A DNA stretch of 64,000 nucleotides from Chloroflexota bacterium. Lineage in GTDB: Bacteria; Chloroflexota; UBA11872; VXOZ01. Of this stretch, positions 39,670 to 49,654 are shown in pieces. Within the stretch, counting starts at the first letter, position 1. The number at the start of each line of letters is the position of its first letter. The notes beneath the pieces were generated by a model that saw only the letters and a program-made list of their open reading frames with translations, ran no database searches and was not told the DNA's origin. Made by a program: the position numbers and the translations under genes. Location of the stretch: the NCBI GenBank assembly GCA_964291655.2, contig OZ219802.1, positions 2,304,001 to 2,368,000 on the forward strand, written 5' to 3'.

Positions 39670-40304
39670 CGTCGAGGGAGAGGGAACGTTCTCGCTTCCG
39701 CTTGGGTTTCGCAAAGGACTCCTGGGGGAGAGGGCCGGGGTGAGGGGAGGCTTGCGCATCCGACTTGCACAGTCTGTCGTGCAGATGCTCAGTTTTGCCA
39801 GACCACAGAATTTGCCGAGTCTACGAAGACTCTATGCCAAAGCTATGGGCCTTGTGTCAGTAGCCAGTGGTGTTTCCACACTCAAAGAGCATTGTGAACC
39901 GAGTATTGCAGGCGAGGACAGTGCGCATCTTGCCTGAGCTGGACCAAAGTCGACGCAATGCGCAAGGATAAAGTGAATCCGGCGTGCCGACGATCTGCTA
40001 ACCATCACTTCTGCAAACGCGGGAATCTGTATGGCGAGACGGCAAGAAGTACCAACGTATAGCAAAACCGGGGAAAGAGTTTCGCGCCGAAAAGAAGCTG
40101 AAATTCGGCCTGTGCGGGGCTGACATGCATACCATGGTGCCAGCCGTCAGACCGCCGCCAGGTAGTTCAACCCTTGCCGCCAGCCAGGCAATGAAGATGT
40201 CCTACTGCCCGGTAAGCGTACCACCCAAGCGAAGGACAAGCGCCGGGCCACGCATTGACCACATCTTGAGGAGCTAAGTGTTTCGAACTGCGCAAGTCCT
40301 CAAA

Positions 40305-42722
40305 TCAGTTATCTCGTTGGGGACGGTCGGTGCGCACGTCCCGCTGCACACTGACTACGCCGCCGACGCGTTCGATTTTGGCCATGAGGTCGGCCAGTCC
40401 GCCCACGCCGGTTACCTCGACCGTGAAGGTAATGGTGGCCGTGCCGCCGTCGGTGTGAACATTGGCGGCATTGATGTTGAATTTCTCTTCGGTCACGACG
40501 GTGCTAATGTCGCGCAGGAGCCCCGGTCTATCCATGCACTCGGCGCGCAGGGCTACCGGATAGAGAGTCTGTTGCTTGCTCGCGCGGGACCAGGATACAT
40601 CGGCGAGAGTACCCGGCGGGCCATTCTGACGCACGCGGCGGCAGTCGCTGCGATGGACCTCCACACCGCCATCGACAATGTAGCCCTTGATCTTGTCATT
40701 TTCCTGGGGGCCGCAGCACTGCGCCAGGTGAAGCGGCAGATTGCGCGCGTCATGACATAATACTTGGTCACCCCAATCCACCGGTACCAAGCGTTCTTTG
40801 TCCTTTACGCTGTGCACGTTGCGGCAGTCCCGGCGGTGTACGGTTACGCCCCGCCCGCGCGTAATGTAGCCGACAATGTGATCGCCGGGTAACGGCTTGC
40901 AGCAGGTTGCGAGACGGGTAAGCATGTTGCCCTCGCCCATCACCTGCACCGTACCCGTCGTCCTATCCGTCCGCGGTTCCGCAGGTAGAAAACTCGGCTC
41001 TACAGGAGCGGGTCCCGCTTGCTCGCTAGAACGACTCAGGTTCGTGACCACTTGCTGGGTGGAAATGGCGCCGTAGCCGATGGCCGCAAAGAGGTCCTCC
41101 GCCGTGTTGAAGGTGAAAGACTTGCACAACGTGCGAACGCGCGCCTCATCCACGCTGTTCAGGTCGCCCTGCCCCAAGCGCTGGATCTCTTTGTCCAGCA
41201 TGTCTTTGCCCCGCGCGACGTTCTCCGCGCGTTCTTGTTTCTTGAACCACTGGCGAATACGCTCGCGGGTGTGGCTGCTCTTGACGACGTTGATCCAGTC
41301 GCGGCTGGGGCCTTTCGGCGCCTTGCTCGTCTGAATGGCAACGACGTCGCCATTCTGTAGCTCCGTATAGAGCGGCTTGATTTGGCCGTTGATCTTGGCG
41401 CCGATGCACCGGTGTCCCACGTCGGTATGAATGCGATAGGCAAAGTCGATGGGCGTGGAACCGGCGGGCAGATCTTTCACATCTCCACGCGGGGTGAACA
41501 CAAAGACCTGGTCCTCGAAGATGTCGGCCTTGACGGTCTCAACGAAATCTCGCGCGCTCGAAAGCTCTTCTTGCCAGGTCAGCAACTGGCGTAGCCAGGC
41601 CAGACGTTCTTCCACGTTGCCACCCCGCGCTCCCTCTTTGTAGCGCCAATGGGCGGCGACGCCCAGTTCAGCTTCCTGGTGCATGTGCTGGGTACGGAGC
41701 TGCACTTCCACCGGCTGGCCGCGCGGCCCCATGACGGCAGTGTGCAATGAACGATAGTTATTCGACTTTGGTACCGAGATGTAGTCGTCGAACTGGCCGG
41801 GTATCGGCTTCCACAGGGTGTGCACTAAACCGAGCGTGGCATAGCACTGTTGCACGGTGCTGACAATGACGCGCAGGCCAATGAGGTCGTAGATTTCCTG
41901 GATGCCCACGCCCTTCCGCTGCATCTTGAACCACGTACTCGTAATGTGCTTCGGCCTGCCGCTCACCTCTCCCTGAATGCCGGCGCGCTTGAGTTCGTGC
42001 GTGAGGGTTTGCAGCGCTTCTTGCAGGACTGTGTCCTGCGCCGAGGATCTCTCCGCTAAGGTGGCCTCAATCTGCCGATAGACATCCGGATGGAGCACGG
42101 CGAAGGCCGCGTCCTCCAACTGCCACTTCCAGTGACCCATACCGAGTTGATTGGCGAGGGGCGCGTAAATCTCCAGGGTTTCGTGGGCTTTGCGGCGCTG
42201 CCGTTCCGGCTCAACATAGGCCAGCGTGCGCATATTGTGCAGGCGGTCCGCGAGCTTGACGATCACCACCCGGATGTCCCGTGCCATCGCCAGAAACATC
42301 TTACGGAGGTTCTCGGCCTGGGTATCTTCCAGATTCAAGAAGTCGAGCTGGGTGAGTTTGGTAACGCCGTCCACAAGCAATGCCACGTCGTCGCCAAATT
42401 GAGTCCTCACGTCATCCAGCGTTACGTCGGTGTCTTCCACGCAGTCATGGAGCAATCCGGCGCAAATGGTGCTGGTATCCATGCGGATTTCGGCGAGCAG
42501 GAGCGCGGTGCAGAGGGGGTGCTGCGCAAAGGGTTCGCCGGACTTGCGTACCTGCCCTTCGTGGGCGCGGTCGGCGAAGGCAAAGGCCTGTCGAATGCGG
42601 TTGAGTTCCTGCTTGCGCGCGTCGGGCTCTCCGCTCACATACGCGGCTACAGACGCGAGCAGTTCGTCGACCGTGCGTAATTGGGTCTCGTCGGGTGACG
42701 TGGCCGAGTGTGCCAGTGCCAT
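40305..42722 (-). CDS. rel: Long RelA/SpoT homologue (HD-SYNTH-TGS-ZFD-ZFD-ACT)
   Basis: RKSGEP..HP, LHD, KLADRLHNMRTL, GRPKH, YRSLHT, AAHWRYKE, FVFTP.G, DRPGLL. Confidence 0.96.
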   Translation of the reverse strand: MALAHSATSPDETQLRTVDELLASVAAYVSGEPDARKQELNRIRQAFAFADRAHEGQVRKSGEPFAQHPLCTALLLAEIRMDTSTICAGLLHDCVEDTDVTLDDVRTQFGDDVALLVDGVTKLTQLDFLNLEDTQAENLRKMFLAMARDIRVVIVKLADRLHNMRTLAYVEPERQRRKAHETLEIYAPLANQLGMGHWKWQLEDAAFAVLHPDVYRQIEATLAERSSAQDTVLQEALQTLTHELKRAGIQGEVSGRPKHITSTWFKMQRKGVGIQEIYDLIGLRVIVSTVQQCYATLGLVHTLWKPIPGQFDDYISVPKSNNYRSLHTAVMGPRGQPVEVQLRTQHMHQEAELGVAAHWRYKEGARGGNVEERLAWLRQLLTWQEELSSARDFVETVKADIFEDQVFVFTPRGDVKDLPAGSTPIDFAYRIHTDVGHRCIGAKINGQIKPLYTELQNGDVVAIQTSKAPKGPSRDWINVVKSSHTRERIRQWFKKQERAENVARGKDMLDKEIQRLGQGDLNSVDEARVRTLCKSFTFNTAEDLFAAIGYGAISTQQVVTNLSRSSEQAGPAPVEPSFLPAEPRTDRTTGTVQVMGEGNMLTRLATCCKPLPGDHIVGYITRGRGVTVHRRDCRNVHSVKDKERLVPVDWGDQVLCHDARNLPLHLAQCCGPQENDKIKGYIVDGGVEVHRSDCRRVRQNGPPGTLADVSWSRASKQQTLYPVALRAECMDRPGLLRDISTVVTEEKFNINAANVHTDGGTATITFTVEVTGVGGLADLMAKIERVGGVVSVQRDVRTDRPQRDN

Positions 42723-42741
42723 CGGATAGCCCTATATTGTG

Positions 42742-44472
42742 TCACTCGCCATTCGAACTTTGGTCAGCGTTAGCTGCCTGCAAGTCTTGCAGGACAAACT
42801 CGAGACGAGAAAAGCCGCCCCACGTATTCTCTTGCAACGAATATACCACATCAAGGGTCTGCCCCTGGCTCAGCCCCCGGGCGCGGTCTGCCATGTGAAA
42901 GCCGATACCCGTAATGGACGTGCCATTTAGCGCAAAAGTTGTGCGGAGGTGGTTGGTGCCGACAACTCGCGTACCACTCAATGCGAGGTTCCGGCTGAGA
43001 AAGCGCGGTTCCGGATTACTCGCTCCAAAGGGGGAGAGGACGTTGATTTCGTCAAGAAGGTTGAGGTCCATCTTGTGGGCCCCTAACTGACAGTCAATAT
43101 CTAGCCGCGGCTGCAAGTCGGTGGGTTCAAGCAACCGGCGCGCGTCAGCCTGCAGCGCATCTCGCAGGGCGGCACGCCGTTCATTTACAACCGCAAACCC
43201 GGCAGCCTGGGGGTGGCCGCCGTGGCGTCGCATGAGGTCTCCCCGTGCGGCAAGCGCAGCGGCGATGTCGTAACCCTGAATGCTGCGACAAGAGCCAACC
43301 GCTTCGGTGTCGCCTACGGCAACGGCGAGCGTCGGCTTGCCAAATTCCTCGGAGAGCTTGCCGGCCACCAGGCCGATTATTCCGGTCGGCCAGTCTTCGC
43401 CCTCGACCCAGAGCAAGGCCTCGTCTTGCTGGGTCGGTTCAACTTGACTTTGCGCGTCGGCGATGAGACGTTTCGTCTCTTGCTGTCGAAGCTGGTTGAG
43501 CTGCTGCAACTCTGCGGCCAAGACCTGGGCGCGTGCGTGGTCCTTTGTCGTCAATAGGTCGTAGGCAAGGCGGGGATGGGCCATCCGTCCGGCCGCGTTG
43601 AGGCGCGGGGCCAGCGCAAAGCCAATACTGCGGCTATTGATTGTCGCCGGATCCACACCGGCAACCTGCATGAGCGCGCGCAAGCCGGCATGCTCGGTAT
43701 CCCGCAACGCCGCGAGGCCCGCCGTAACGATTGCTCTATTCTCACTGCGTAAAGGCACCACGTCCGCGACGGTTGCAAGGGCGGCAAATGCGCGGAGTTC
43801 GGTAAGTGTGGCGGATACCGCATCGCCGACCAATCCCACCGCGGTTAGGAGCGCGCAGGCCAGCTTGTATGCCAGACCGGCCCCGCAGAGTTCCGGAAAT
43901 GGGTACTGGCAGTCGTGCAGCCAGGGATTAATGATGGCGTGTGCTGCGGGGAGCTCCGGTGGAGGCTGGTGGTGATCCGTCACAATCACGTCCATACCTC
44001 GTTGCTTCGCCAGAGCCACCGGGCCGACGGCACTGATGCCGCAATCGACTGTTACGAGCAGCCCAACCCCCTCCGCCTCAAGCGCTTCGATCGACTGGTC
44101 CGTAATCCCGTAGCCATCCGTGACGCGGTGCGGCAAGCGGACGACGACCTTTGCGCCGAGATGGTCCAGCGCCTCGCGGAGAATGGCGGCGGCGCTGATG
44201 CCGTCCGCGTCGTAATCCCCAAACACCCCAATACACTCACGGTTGCGCACTGCCTCGAGAATGCGGGCGACCGCTGTGTCCATACCCTTGAGGAGAAACG
44301 GATCGTTCTCCCGCACATCTTCGCCCTGGAGAAAGCCCTGGATGTTTTCGCGTGTTCTGTAACCGCGATTGAAGAGCAGTTGCACTACCAGTCGATTGCA
44401 CGTCGGCAAGGAATTAAAGAGCGTCACCGGAGCGAGAGGCGCTACCTGCCAGCGGTAGCGAGGTGAGAGCAT
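42742..44472 (-). CDS. recJ: Single-stranded DNA exonuclease RecJ
   Basis: GDYDADG, TVDCG, TDHH, APRLNAAGR, GGHPQAAG. Confidence 0.96.
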   Translation of the reverse strand: MLSPRYRWQVAPLAPVTLFNSLPTCNRLVVQLLFNRGYRTRENIQGFLQGEDVRENDPFLLKGMDTAVARILEAVRNRECIGVFGDYDADGISAAAILREALDHLGAKVVVRLPHRVTDGYGITDQSIEALEAEGVGLLVTVDCGISAVGPVALAKQRGMDVIVTDHHQPPPELPAAHAIINPWLHDCQYPFPELCGAGLAYKLACALLTAVGLVGDAVSATLTELRAFAALATVADVVPLRSENRAIVTAGLAALRDTEHAGLRALMQVAGVDPATINSRSIGFALAPRLNAAGRMAHPRLAYDLLTTKDHARAQVLAAELQQLNQLRQQETKRLIADAQSQVEPTQQDEALLWVEGEDWPTGIIGLVAGKLSEEFGKPTLAVAVGDTEAVGSCRSIQGYDIAAALAARGDLMRRHGGHPQAAGFAVVNERRAALRDALQADARRLLEPTDLQPRLDIDCQLGAHKMDLNLLDEINVLSPFGASNPEPRFLSRNLALSGTRVVGTNHLRTTFALNGTSITGIGFHMADRARGLSQGQTLDVVYSLQENTWGGFSRLEFVLQDLQAANADQSSNGE

Positions 44473-44887
44473 GTGTTTGCCTTATGGAGTGTCAATCAGT
44501 TAGCTTATTGCCTGTATTATACCATGCGCCTCTGCAGGGACATGCTGAGCGCAGACTTTGGGACTAACGAACTTGACTTGAATCTGTATGACAAGTCAAA
44601 TCCCGCGCTGTAGTGGTGGGTGGCAGCGGGGAGTCTTTGGGAAGTAGTAGATGGGAAGCGGCGAGGTTAGTTTAGGGATCGTCCGACTTGTCAATCGTTG
44701 AAGTCGAATCGTGCGAAACACGCCAAATGTGCACTCAAAAAGCGCAAGAGCTTACACAAATGCTGCGCAAACCCCACACTAACCCCAAACTTTACGACTC
44801 ATGGAAACCCCTTACGCCGCTTTGAAGTTATGGTATGCTAGTGTAAGCGGAACGGACATAAAGGAGTAAACGTGAAAGGATAGGATC

Positions 44888-45160
44888 GTGGCTGCCGCTG
44901 CACATCCTGCTGCTTCTTTGGAGGAGAACATCGCTGCGTACAATGAAATGCGTAAGGAGCTAGAGGATAATCACTTCGGAGAATGGGTGGTGTTCCATGA
45001 CCGGCGACTGGTTGGCTTCTACGCCACTTACTCCGATGCCGCCGACGGAGCGATAGAAGCCTATGGCGATGACCCCTATTTGATTCGGAGAATCAGAAAC
45101 TACCCGGAGCACCTTCCGGTTTCCGCCTTGATAGGGGGAGGCAAAGTTGCTCACCGCTGA
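44888..45160 (+). CDS. DUF5678-like small protein
   Basis: N..AY..M..EL...H.GEWVV.HD..LVG pattern. Confidence 0.7.
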   Translation: MAAAAHPAASLEENIAAYNEMRKELEDNHFGEWVVFHDRRLVGFYATYSDAADGAIEAYGDDPYLIRRIRNYPEHLPVSALIGGGKVAHR

Positions 45161-45572
45161 CATTGGGCCTATGGACAAAGACCTCCTAGTCCAAGATGGC
45201 CCACAGATCGAAGTAATGATTGGTTTTGACACCAAACTCATGAACGCTTGTCCAATGCCAGCACTTCTGGACACCGGCGCAACTTACAGCTGTATTGACC
45301 TAGAACTTGCAAAGCGCCTACACCTCAAGCAAACAGACTCTCGGCAGCTTGTTGGGGCGCATGAGAGAAGAGTTACGCCTTTCTATATGGCAGACATTTA
45401 CATACCACAGTTGGAGTGTGCTTGGCGTGATGAGTTCGGTGGATTGCCCCTTGAAGAAAACGGGTTCAGCTGCAAGGTCCTCATAGGAAGAAACCTGCTA
45501 AGCAACTTGCACCTGCGTTACGAGGGGTACACTGGAAAAGTGCTGATAGAATTCCCCAAACCAGGTTCTTAG
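45147..45572 (+). CDS. Retropepsin-like aspartyl protease
   Basis: ALLDTGA.YSCI, VLIGRNLL. Overlaps upstream ORF. Confidence 0.85.
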   Translation: MLTADIGPMDKDLLVQDGPQIEVMIGFDTKLMNACPMPALLDTGATYSCIDLELAKRLHLKQTDSRQLVGAHERRVTPFYMADIYIPQLECAWRDEFGGLPLEENGFSCKVLIGRNLLSNLHLRYEGYTGKVLIEFPKPGS

Positions 45573-45604
45573 CTAAGCCCCTCTCCCCCGGACAAGCCTT
45601 GGAT

Positions 45605-45630
45605 TGAAAGACCCCGCCTTCCGGCGGGGC
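45605..45630 (-). terminator. GC hairpin with U-rich tail on minus strand
   Basis: CCCCGCC-GGAA-GGCGGGG-TCTTTC on minus strand. Confidence 0.45.
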
Positions 45631-46067
45631 GTGCCAATTGCCGTCCCAAGAATCAAGTCAAGTTCGTTATTTCCTAGTCTTTCCAGGTAGTAAGATCTCG
45701 CGGGCCCGCTCTCCTGCCGGCAAGTGACCATCATGGTTCGACGAGTGTTTGCAGGGCGTCTGCGTGGGTCGTAGGCAGACGCGCCCGTATGGCAGATCGG
45801 CAAAGCGAACGTGCCGCGATCACCGGTGTTGCGGTCTCCGGACCGATGGGCGAGGCACCCATACCAGGGCCCACGGCCCAATTCGCTCCCAGCACACGCA
45901 GGTGCGAGAATGGCAGCGCGCACGCCTCTCATGCCACGAATCCACCCCGCAAACGGATGCGTGGTAGTAGGCATAGTTTGGCAATCTATGCTATTGTCGC
46001 CGTATTGAACATGCTCTTGTCGTAGCAACAGCGTTCGGAGCGCCTCGTCGGAATTGAAAGGCAAGCG

Positions 46068-46961
46068 ATGCAACGAATTGCACGTGAAAACTATACGTAC
46101 AGTTTCGATAAGGACGTGCCAGCGATAGCTGAAATAGCATCCGGCGACCGGCTCACGCTTGAGACCCATGATTCCTCTACCGGACGGATCAAGCGTCGTG
46201 AAGACCTGGACTACTATCTCTCCGTGCGTAAGACCCGTGAGTCGAATCCGGCGTGCGGACCGGTCACCGTGCGCGGAGCGATGCCTGGGGACGGACTCAA
46301 CGTTCGCATTGAAGAGATTGCGCTGGTACCTCCCGGTATCCTGCGCTTTACGCCGGGGTTCGGCATTCTGGCCGACGCGGCAGAATCGCCGGCGATTGTC
46401 ATTGTAGACGTGCAAGGCGACACCCTCGTTCTCGATAACGGCATTTGCCTGCCTGCACGCCCGATGGTCGGCGTCGTCGGCACCGCGTTACCAGATCGCG
46501 TGGTCTACACAGCCGATCCCGACATCAACGGGAGCAATATGGACTGCAACAGCATTGCCGAGGGCACGGTGGTGCACCTGCCGGTGTGGGTGCCGGGCGC
46601 GCAATTCGGTCTGGGCGACGTGCACGCGTCTATGGGTGATGCGGAGTCGACCGGCGGCGCAATTGAGATTTCAGCCGACGTGACGGTGCAGATTGACGTG
46701 GTGAAGAATGCCGGCTGGGAGAAAGTGTGGTGGGAGACCGATCAGTCCTGGATCACGTACGGGCACGGCGAGACGTTGGAAATTGCCACACGTGAAGCGG
46801 TGGCGGACATGTCAGGGTTGCTCTCGCGGCAACTGAATGTGCCGTACCATGAGGGCTTCATGCTGATTAGCGCTTATGGCGACGTGCGGATCGGTCAAGC
46901 CGCCAACTGCGGCCTGGACGTGACATCTTGGGTAGAATTTCCTAAAGTAGCAAGAGAGTGA
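46068..46961 (+). CDS. Acetamidase/formamidase family protein
   Basis: NPACGPV.V.GA.PGD, GSNMD, GDVHA.MGD.E. Confidence 0.92.
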   Translation: MQRIARENYTYSFDKDVPAIAEIASGDRLTLETHDSSTGRIKRREDLDYYLSVRKTRESNPACGPVTVRGAMPGDGLNVRIEEIALVPPGILRFTPGFGILADAAESPAIVIVDVQGDTLVLDNGICLPARPMVGVVGTALPDRVVYTADPDINGSNMDCNSIAEGTVVHLPVWVPGAQFGLGDVHASMGDAESTGGAIEISADVTVQIDVVKNAGWEKVWWETDQSWITYGHGETLEIATREAVADMSGLLSRQLNVPYHEGFMLISAYGDVRIGQAANCGLDVTSWVEFPKVARE

Positions 46962-47000
46962 TACCGGCGCAGTTCCTATCACGATGACGTGGAGGATGCC

Positions 47001-48254
47001 ATGAGCGAGCAGATTCCCCCGGACGAAAACGAAGATGACGTACGGCCCGCGCGCGGCCCGCAAGACGCCGACGATCCGGAGTTGCGGCGAAAAACCCAGC
47101 GCGAGCGCACCCTCGGCATCATCGTTGTTGGCATAATCGTAGTCGTCGCGCTCTTTGCCTTTGTCATCTATCCCCGTTTCCTGCAGCCCGTCCAACAGCA
47201 GACGGTTGCGAACATGCGCGGCGGTACGGAAGTGGCGGCGCAGGAGCATTTCACGCGCGCAATCGAGTTCATCAACGAATACGACTTCAACGGCGCCATG
47301 CGGGAATTGGATAGCGCCGTAGAGCTGGACGGCGAGAATCCGCAATTCCGTTTGGTTCGGGCCATCGTTGCCGTGCAACTCGATCGCTATAGCAAGGCGT
47401 TGGAAGACCTCGACACGGTTATCGCAGCGGATCCCGGCATGGCCGACGCCTATGGTATGCGCGCGAACGTCTATTTGCTGCAGGAAGACTACGAATCGGC
47501 GCTGGATGACGCCGACTACGCAATTTCGCTGGATTCTGAAACCGCCCACCGCTACTTGACCCGCGCCAAGGTGTACCAGGCCATGGGCGAATACGAAAAG
47601 GCGCTGGAGGATGCTGACGATGCGATACTCCTCGATCCGGGAAACCCCGAGGCCTACCGCGTGCGCGCGTATCTGGGCATCAAGGTAGGCGCCTGCATGA
47701 ACGCCCTGGCGGATGCCAATATCGTCACGGAGATGGTGCCAAATTACTCAGGGGCGTATCTGGCGCGCATTGCCGTCTACCTCGCACTGGAGCAATACGA
47801 GAACGCCATCGCCGATGCCACCCGGGAGATTGGTATGGCGCCGGAGGGCAGTTTCGGCTACAACGCCCGCGCCTGGGCCTACGCCAAGGCCGGCCAGTAT
47901 GAAAGAGCCCTTGAAGACGCCAACAGGTCAATTGAACTCGATGACGAATGCGCCGAGTGCTACGATACCCGCTCGCTGGTGAAGCTTGGTCTCGGCGATC
48001 TCAACGCGGCGGAGTCCGACGCGGATAGAGCCCTGCAATTGAGCGATCACGCGAGTTGGGCCTACGTAGGACGCGCCAAGGTCTTCTTGGCTAAGAATCG
48101 ACTTGATGCGGCGCTGGCCGACGCCAATTCTGCGGCGGAAGCCGGCCCCAATGAACGCGACGTCTTCAGCATCCGCGCCCAAATCTACCGCGCCATGGGC
48201 CGCACCAGCGAGGCCAACCGCGACGAGGCCCGGAAAGAGGCGCTTTCCTGTTGA
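47001..48254 (+). CDS. Membrane-anchored TPR protein
   Basis: One TM segment then about 9 TPR-like repeats (RA..Y...G.YE.AL.D). Confidence 0.9.
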   Translation: MSEQIPPDENEDDVRPARGPQDADDPELRRKTQRERTLGIIVVGIIVVVALFAFVIYPRFLQPVQQQTVANMRGGTEVAAQEHFTRAIEFINEYDFNGAMRELDSAVELDGENPQFRLVRAIVAVQLDRYSKALEDLDTVIAADPGMADAYGMRANVYLLQEDYESALDDADYAISLDSETAHRYLTRAKVYQAMGEYEKALEDADDAILLDPGNPEAYRVRAYLGIKVGACMNALADANIVTEMVPNYSGAYLARIAVYLALEQYENAIADATREIGMAPEGSFGYNARAWAYAKAGQYERALEDANRSIELDDECAECYDTRSLVKLGLGDLNAAESDADRALQLSDHASWAYVGRAKVFLAKNRLDAALADANSAAEAGPNERDVFSIRAQIYRAMGRTSEANRDEARKEALSC

Positions 48255-48469
48255 ACGGTGCGTAGGTTGGTGAAGTCTTCCCGGACTGCTCCAACAGTTG
48301 TCGTGTGCTGAGGGCGTGGCGCGGCACTGGCAATTGATACTGAGAGAACTCCCCATCCCAGTAGGCAGTGTCTGATTCGCGATCGTGAACTACCGAGACT
48401 TCACGGATTCTGAAGAGTCAGACTCTCAGTCGACCAGGACTCGCAAGACTTGTGCCAGCCGACTAGAAA

Positions 48470-49555
<1,086 letters not shown>

Positions 49556-49654
49556 GCGGCGAGAGTTTGACTCCTTCGGAACGAAATCCGGCTAAGGTAG
49601 GTGTGCGGCAGAATCGCGCAGACCTGCCACTGGTTTGCTCTGATACTCTTTGCG

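Larger units (their letters stand above)
44565..45669. mobile_element. Candidate inverted-repeat-bounded two-gene cassette
   Basis: TAACGAACTTGACTTGAATCT 44565-44585 and inverse copy 45649-45669 (20/21). No target duplication seen. Confidence 0.45.

Noticed and set aside
45735-46051. tmRNA, tRNA, RNase P or cobalamin riboswitch
   Set aside because: Lacks the T-loop/CCA end, the tag peptide, the RNase P GAGGAAAGUCC motif and the B12 box
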